Assembly (NCBI GenBank): GCA_034440375.1
Contig: JAWXBZ010000235.1
Location: 1-64,000, forward strand
Length of the DNA: 64,000 nucleotides
Source: Candidatus Eiseniibacteriota bacterium
GTDB taxonomy: Bacteria; Eisenbacteria; RBG-16-71-46; JABDJR01; JAWXBZ01
Direction: 5' to 3'
The notes under the pieces were generated by a model, which saw only the letters and a program-made list of their open reading frames with translations, made no database searches and was not told the origin of the DNA. Positions 58,822-64,000 of the stretch are shown here, piece by piece. Numbering within the stretch: position 1 is the first letter of the stretch; each line of letters begins with the position of its first letter. The position numbers were made by a program, and so were the translations under genes.

Positions 58822-60834
58822 TCAGAGCGAAATGGCGTCGGCATCGACTGAAATCGGCCGTCTCGCCGGTGGAATCGGAAGCTCCCAGTGCTGTGGGGCG
58901 GCGTCGGCCCTGGCCGTGGCTCCGGGAACCAGGTCGAGGACGACGGCTGTTTCATCGCAGGCATGGCGACGTGGGCAGTGAATGCAGTCGGTCCACACTT
59001 TTCGCGGCAACGACTCGCGCGTCACGATGCGAAAGCCGCAACGCTCGAAAAACGCCACCTCCCGCGTCAGGGCGATGACACGCTCGAGCCCGATTGGTCG
59101 GGCATCCTCCACGACCTCTGCCACCAGCATCCGGCCGAGACCCAGGCCCTGGGCGTCGCTCCGGATGGCCAGCGAACGGACCTCGCCCAGGTCGTCCCAC
59201 AGGACACGCAGGGCACAGCAACCGACCACCTCACCGTTCCGTTCGGCCACGTGGAATTCGCGCACCGACTGGTACAGCTCTCCGACTGGCCTCGGCAAGA
59301 GTGTTCCGTCTGCGATGTGTCCCGACATGAGCCGCGAGATGGCCGGGACGTCGGTGGGGAGGGCCCGGCGGAGCCTGATATTGGCCGCCAGGGCCGGCGG
59401 TGATTGCGCGGAAGGCGTGTCGGTTTCAGCCGGCGCCGACGCGGTCATTTGAACAGGCGTCACGCCGAGGCGTTCTGCGTGCCGCGCAAGCTGCCTCGCC
59501 ACCGATTCCGGACCTCCGCCCGGCGTGGCGTTGCGACGAACAACGGCCGCTTCATGATCGAGCGTGGCCAGCGTGGCGTCGTTGAAGTGGGGCGAGATCG
59601 ACAACCGCTCCGCGGATGGCAGTTGGGAGGGGGCCACCCGGGCCGCCTCAGCCGCCAGCCACAGCCGGCCGACGGCCGAATGCGCCTCCCGAAACGGCAG
59701 GCCCCGCCCGACGAGAAGATCGGCCAGTTCGACGGCCAGGAGGTCGTCACCGAGGCCTTCGCGGATCCGATCAGGCCGAGGCGCCAATGCCTCGATCGCG
59801 GCCGGCAGGACGCCGAGCAGTGCTTCGAGCGTGGCCGCTGTGTCGAAAATGGCCTCCTTGTCTTCCTGCAGATCCTTTTGATAGCTCGACGGCAGTCCCT
59901 TCAGCACAATGGCCAGCCGGCTGGCATTGGCGATCAGTCGCCCGGACTTGCCCCGTGCCAGTTCGAAGAGATCCGGATTGCGCTTCTGCGGCAGGAGGCT
60001 CGACCCGGTCGAAAAGCCATCGGGCGGTGCGTACCAGCCAAAGCCGGGCGAGCACCAGAGGACCAGGTCCTCGGCCATGCGACTCAGATGAACCGCCAGC
60101 GTCGAGGCGGCACCGAGGTAGTCGAGCGCAAAGTCGCGATCTCCCACGGCGTCGACGGAATTGTCGGCGGCGCGGGTGAAACCGAGCCGGCGGCTCAGGG
60201 CACCTCGATCGTAGACCAGCGGTGTGCCCGCCACGGCGCCGGCACCGAGCGGCATCCGGTCGGCCGACTCGCGGGCGGCGCGGAAACGATCCTCATCGCG
60301 GAGGAACGCCTCGACATGCGCCAGCCAGAGGTGTGCCAGGCGGACGGGCTGCGCGGGCTGCAGGTGGGTCTGGGCCGCCGCATTGAGATTGCCGGCCAGT
60401 ACGGCCTGGTGAAGCAACGCGCGGGCAAGCTCCTGAAGACCCGCGACGGTATCGTCGCAGAGGCGGAGAACCCGCAGGCGGACCAGCGTGACGACCTGAT
60501 CGTTGCGGCTTCTTCCGGTATGGATTTTCAGTCCGGCGTCGCCGGCCCGGCGGACCAGCTCCGCTTCGATCGCCGAGTGGATGTCCTCCCCGACTAGCGT
60601 CTGCCGGCCCGATTCCAGATCGGCCTGGATGTCGAGCACCGCGCGATTCAATGCCGCACACTCGGAGGAGGAGAGAATTCCCGCCTCGACCAGCGAGTCG
60701 GCATAGGCCCGGGCCAGTGCCAGCTCTTCCGGCCAGAGCACCCGGTCGATCGGCAGGGACTCGTTCAGCGCCTGCGCCCGCGGGTCGAGCCCGCCGAGGC
60801 GCCCCGCCCAGAGGCGGTGGTCAGTCGTTGCCAT
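58822..60834 (-). CDS. argH: argininosuccinate lyase fused to a GNAT N-acetylglutamate synthase (ArgH-ArgA)
   Basis: LWAGR, EDIH, HTGRSRNDQ, THLQ, TGSSLLPQKRNPD, YQKDLQEDK; then LLPR, GEVRSLAI, QGLGLG, ALT and KVWTDCIHC. Confidence 0.93.
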   Translation of the reverse strand: MATTDHRLWAGRLGGLDPRAQALNESLPIDRVLWPEELALARAYADSLVEAGILSSSECAALNRAVLDIQADLESGRQTLVGEDIHSAIEAELVRRAGDAGLKIHTGRSRNDQVVTLVRLRVLRLCDDTVAGLQELARALLHQAVLAGNLNAAAQTHLQPAQPVRLAHLWLAHVEAFLRDEDRFRAARESADRMPLGAGAVAGTPLVYDRGALSRRLGFTRAADNSVDAVGDRDFALDYLGAASTLAVHLSRMAEDLVLWCSPGFGWYAPPDGFSTGSSLLPQKRNPDLFELARGKSGRLIANASRLAIVLKGLPSSYQKDLQEDKEAIFDTAATLEALLGVLPAAIEALAPRPDRIREGLGDDLLAVELADLLVGRGLPFREAHSAVGRLWLAAEAARVAPSQLPSAERLSISPHFNDATLATLDHEAAVVRRNATPGGGPESVARQLARHAERLGVTPVQMTASAPAETDTPSAQSPPALAANIRLRRALPTDVPAISRLMSGHIADGTLLPRPVGELYQSVREFHVAERNGEVVGCCALRVLWDDLGEVRSLAIRSDAQGLGLGRMLVAEVVEDARPIGLERVIALTREVAFFERCGFRIVTRESLPRKVWTDCIHCPRRHACDETAVVLDLVPGATARADAAPQHWELPIPPARRPISVDADAISL

Positions 60835-62134
60835 GAAGGACGACCTCCGCCGTTTCGGTGTGGATACTGGACATGGATTCATCGGGTGTGTTCCCGGGGA
60901 TCGATTTCATCAAGGCCGGGGCGACATCCCCGTGCCGCACCTGGCGCGACGTGGCCACCATCGGCAACCCGAAGAGGCGGATGAAACCCTCGGCATCCTT
61001 TGGACGATAGCCCGCCATGTCGAAGGAGGCGAGCGCATTGTCGTAGAGCGAATTAGGACTGGTGCGGGCCACGGCACGGACCTGCCCCTGGTGAAACTCG
61101 AGCGTGACCGTGCCCGCCGCGACCGACATCGCTTCGTCAAAGAATGCCGACAGTGAGCGGCGGAGCGGCGAAAACCAGAGTCCGTTATAAATGAGGTCGG
61201 CCAGCGTGAGGGCCATCGTTGCTCGCGTCCGATGGAGATCGTGTGGAAGCACGAGACGGGCCAGATCTTCGAGCGCCTCGTGGAGCGCCGTTCCAGCCGG
61301 CGTCTCGTACACCCCACGGGACTTCATGCCGACCAGCCGACTCTCGACGAGATCGGCCCGGCCGACGCCGTGACGTCCGGCGAGAAGGTTGAGTTGCTCG
61401 ACCAGCGGGACGGGATCGAGCCGTGCGCCGTCGAGAGCCACCGGAATGCCCGCCTCGAACGTGACATCGATCGTGTCGGGAAGTGATGGACGTTGGGCCG
61501 TAGCCGCCGTCAACCGGTAGAGCGATTCGGGTGCCGGGTTGGCCGGATCCTCGAGCAGGCCCCCCTCGTGGCTCATGTGCCACAGGTTGGCATCACGCGA
61601 GTAGAGATCGGCGGTTGTCTGCTTGACCGGGATATCGTGCCGCGCCGCGTAGGCGAGCGCTTCCTCACGCGATGAAATATCCCATTCGCGCCAGGGGGCG
61701 ATGATCGGAAGCTCGGGCGCAAGGGCCATGGCGGTCAGCTCGAAGCGGACCTGATCGTTCCCCTTGCCGGTGCACCCGTGGGCCAGGGCATCGCAACCGG
61801 TGGCACGGGCCGCGGCGACCTGCCGCTCGGCGATCAGGGGACGCGCGAGCGCGGTGCCAAGAAGGTAGCGCCCCTCGTACAACGCGCCCGCCTTGAGGGC
61901 AGGGAACACGTAGTCGGTCAGGAATGGCCGGCGCAGGTCCTCGAGAATCACCTGGTCGGCACCGATGCGGCGAGCCCGATCATGGAGGTCGGAGAGTTCA
62001 TCCCCCTGGCCCAGGTCGGCGCAGAAGGCCACGACCTGGCAGCCGTACTTTTCCTTGAGCCAGGGGACGATGATGCTGGTGTCGAGTCCGCCCGAATAGG
62101 CCAGGGCCACACGGCGGTAGGTGTGTGCAGTCAT
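60821..62134 (-). CDS. argG: argininosuccinate synthase
   Basis: Motifs LAYSGGLDTS, YLLGTALARP, HGCTGKGNDQVRFE, YSRDANLWH.SHEG and KSRGVYETP. Confidence 0.97.
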   Translation of the reverse strand: MTAHTYRRVALAYSGGLDTSIIVPWLKEKYGCQVVAFCADLGQGDELSDLHDRARRIGADQVILEDLRRPFLTDYVFPALKAGALYEGRYLLGTALARPLIAERQVAAARATGCDALAHGCTGKGNDQVRFELTAMALAPELPIIAPWREWDISSREEALAYAARHDIPVKQTTADLYSRDANLWHMSHEGGLLEDPANPAPESLYRLTAATAQRPSLPDTIDVTFEAGIPVALDGARLDPVPLVEQLNLLAGRHGVGRADLVESRLVGMKSRGVYETPAGTALHEALEDLARLVLPHDLHRTRATMALTLADLIYNGLWFSPLRRSLSAFFDEAMSVAAGTVTLEFHQGQVRAVARTSPNSLYDNALASFDMAGYRPKDAEGFIRLFGLPMVATSRQVRHGDVAPALMKSIPGNTPDESMSSIHTETAEVVLHGND

Positions 62135-63999
62135 GAGCGACCTCCCAAACTTTCCGAGACCGGCGACAGCCGGCCGAGCGCCCTGCCCAACCGGGCAAGA
62201 GCATCGTCAATATCAGCAACAGCAACATTCAGCGGCGGAAGCACCCGAACGCTCCAGCTTCCCGCCTTGCACAACAACAGCCCCTCGTCACGACAGGCGC
62301 CAACCAGCGCGGCCGGATCGAATCCCGCCGATTCGTCGATCTCGATAGCCCGAAGGAGGCCCAATCCGCGCGAGGCGGTCAGCGCGTCAAAACTTGCCAC
62401 CAGTCGCTCGAGGCCGGCCGCGAGATACACGCCGCGCTCGGCGATGTTGTTCAGAAATCCGGGTCGGCTGATCGTGTCGAGCAGGTAGCCGGCCGCGGCG
62501 GCCGCGACGGGATTGCCGCCGAACGTCGTTCCGTGCTGGCCGGGTTCCAGGAGTCCCGCCAGTTCGTTGCGAATCAGGACGGCGCCGATCGGAATGCCGC
62601 CGCCCAGCCCCTTGGCCAGAATCGTGATGTCCGCCTGAACGCCGGCCTGTTCAGCCGCCAGGAATGTGCCGGAACGGCCGGCACCGCATTGGACTTCGTC
62701 GAAAAGCAGCAGCGCGCGATTCTCCGTCGTGCGACGACGAAGGTGATGCAGGAACGACGAGTCCGCCACGCGCGCTCCCGCCTCGCCCTGAACCGGTTCG
62801 ATCAGCACGGCGTCGAGGGGTTTTCCTTCGGCCTCGATTTCGGAAAGAAGCGCATCGAACGCCGCGGGGTCATTGAACGGCGCGAACCGGACTCCCGGGA
62901 CCAGGGGCTCGAATGGCTCGCGGTAGGCCGGCGTGGCCGTGGCCGACAGGGCGAAGGCCGTCCGCCCGTGGAAGGAGCCATCAAAGGCGACAATGACCCC
63001 GCTGTTCCGGCCGGCGGTCCGCGCGTGAAGTCGTGCGAACTTGAGGGCGGCCTCGTTTGCTTCCGTGCCCGAGTTGCACAGAAAGACCCGGTCATAGCCG
63101 GTGAGGGCTACGAGGCGTTCGGCCAGTTCGATGGCCGGCCGATTGCCGAACAGGTTCGACACGTGAACCAGTCGATCCATCTGGCGGCAGACCGCCACCC
63201 GGAGGCCACGGTCGGCGTGACCGAGTGTGTTCACCGCGATGCCACTGACGAAATCGAGGTACTCCCGTCCGTCCGCGTCGACGACCCGGCATCCCGAACC
63301 GTGAGACAGTTCGAGTCGGGGCAGGGGATAAACGGCGGCAAACAGATCCGACTCCGTCACCGTCGTGGCATCGATTCCGGCGCCCGTTGCCAGGAGCCGG
63401 GTCAGATCGCCAATCGATGTCCAGGTGGAGATGATGGCCTGACGAACACCCGCCTCGACCGATTGACATGCCGCTCCGAGCTTCGGCTTCATGCCACCGG
63501 TCACCTCGATGTGTGACAGGAGCCGCTGGGCCTGATCCAGGTTGATCGTTCCCACCGGTCTGGATTCGATGGTGACTGCCGGGACATCCGACAAAAAGAG
63601 GATCGTGTCGGCGCCGAGGGCCACAGCGACGGCCGCCGCGGCCTCGTCGGCGTTGATGTTCCAGACACCTCCAGCCCGATCCATCCCGATGGTCGAGAGG
63701 ACCGGCACCCGGCCCGTGGCCATGAGATCTTCCAGCAGGCCGGTGCTGACGTTCGATACGTGTCCGACATGACCCAGGCGGGCGGCATGCGGGTGGGGCT
63801 CGGCTTCCAGCGTGCGGGCGTCGATTCCGGAAAGCCCCACGGCCTCGACACCCCCCGCGAGCAGGCCCGCCACCAGGCGACTGTTGACGAGGCCCGTCAG
63901 GACCGCCGTAGCCACATCGAGAACAGCCTCATCCGTCACACGAAGACCATCCTCAAAGCGGCTATCCAGCTTGAGGTTATCGCACCAGCTATTGACGTC
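62131..63999 (-). CDS. argD: acetylglutamate kinase fused to acetylornithine aminotransferase (ArgB-ArgD), 5' truncated by window edge
   Basis: The frame is open to the window end. ArgB part: GLRVTD, GLSGID, LGHVG, NINAD, GGMKPKL. ArgD part: YLDFVSGIAVN.LGH, NSGTEANE, FHGRT, EPVQGE, DEVQCG, AKGLGGG, HGTTFGGNP. Confidence 0.92.
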   Translation of the reverse strand, partial: DVNSWCDNLKLDSRFEDGLRVTDEAVLDVATAVLTGLVNSRLVAGLLAGGVEAVGLSGIDARTLEAEPHPHAARLGHVGHVSNVSTGLLEDLMATGRVPVLSTIGMDRAGGVWNINADEAAAAVAVALGADTILFLSDVPAVTIESRPVGTINLDQAQRLLSHIEVTGGMKPKLGAACQSVEAGVRQAIISTWTSIGDLTRLLATGAGIDATTVTESDLFAAVYPLPRLELSHGSGCRVVDADGREYLDFVSGIAVNTLGHADRGLRVAVCRQMDRLVHVSNLFGNRPAIELAERLVALTGYDRVFLCNSGTEANEAALKFARLHARTAGRNSGVIVAFDGSFHGRTAFALSATATPAYREPFEPLVPGVRFAPFNDPAAFDALLSEIEAEGKPLDAVLIEPVQGEAGARVADSSFLHHLRRRTTENRALLLFDEVQCGAGRSGTFLAAEQAGVQADITILAKGLGGGIPIGAVLIRNELAGLLEPGQHGTTFGGNPVAAAAAGYLLDTISRPGFLNNIAERGVYLAAGLERLVASFDALTASRGLGLLRAIEIDESAGFDPAALVGACRDEGLLLCKAGSWSVRVLPPLNVAVADIDDALARLGRALGRLSPVSESLGGRS

Positions 64000-64000
64000 C

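Overview
This is 64 kb of high-GC bacterial chromosome. A FlgD/T9SS-like C-terminal sorting tail and many TPR lipoproteins suggest an FCB-group or Eisenbacteria-like lineage, but that is inference. Most of it is core genes, in order: glyQS; an M48 protease; a PyrR-attenuated operon pyrR-B-C-carA-carB-(TPR lipoprotein)-pyrK-pyrD-(orf80)-pyrF; a sulfite-oxidase-family enzyme; a nucleotide-sugar/export cluster ending in a membrane+TPR protein; an M16 peptidase; and a PP2C phosphatase. An accessory block at about 34.4-41.7 kb holds an acyltransferase pseudogene, msrBA, nhaR divergent from carbonic anhydrase-aeRF1-like-TerC, and a Phd/VapC TA pair. After it come comM, a TPR-TPR-cyclophilin-iscS-mnmA-tRNA-Ser unit, a deleted kinase-TPR pseudogene, uup, yaeQ, a cyclophilin-P-loop protein-cyclophilin-lipoprotein operon, and an arg operon with argB-argD and argH-argA fusions ending in a miniaturised, apparently catalytically dead ArgF homologue. 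The best candidates for undescribed biology are the NhaR/carbonic anhydrase/aeRF1-like/TerC module, the twin-cyclophilin/P-loop/lipoprotein operon, mini-ArgF and a ~150-aa insertion in CarA. I saw no CRISPR array, rRNA, integrase or transposase. All calls rest on motif recognition by eye; no searches were run.
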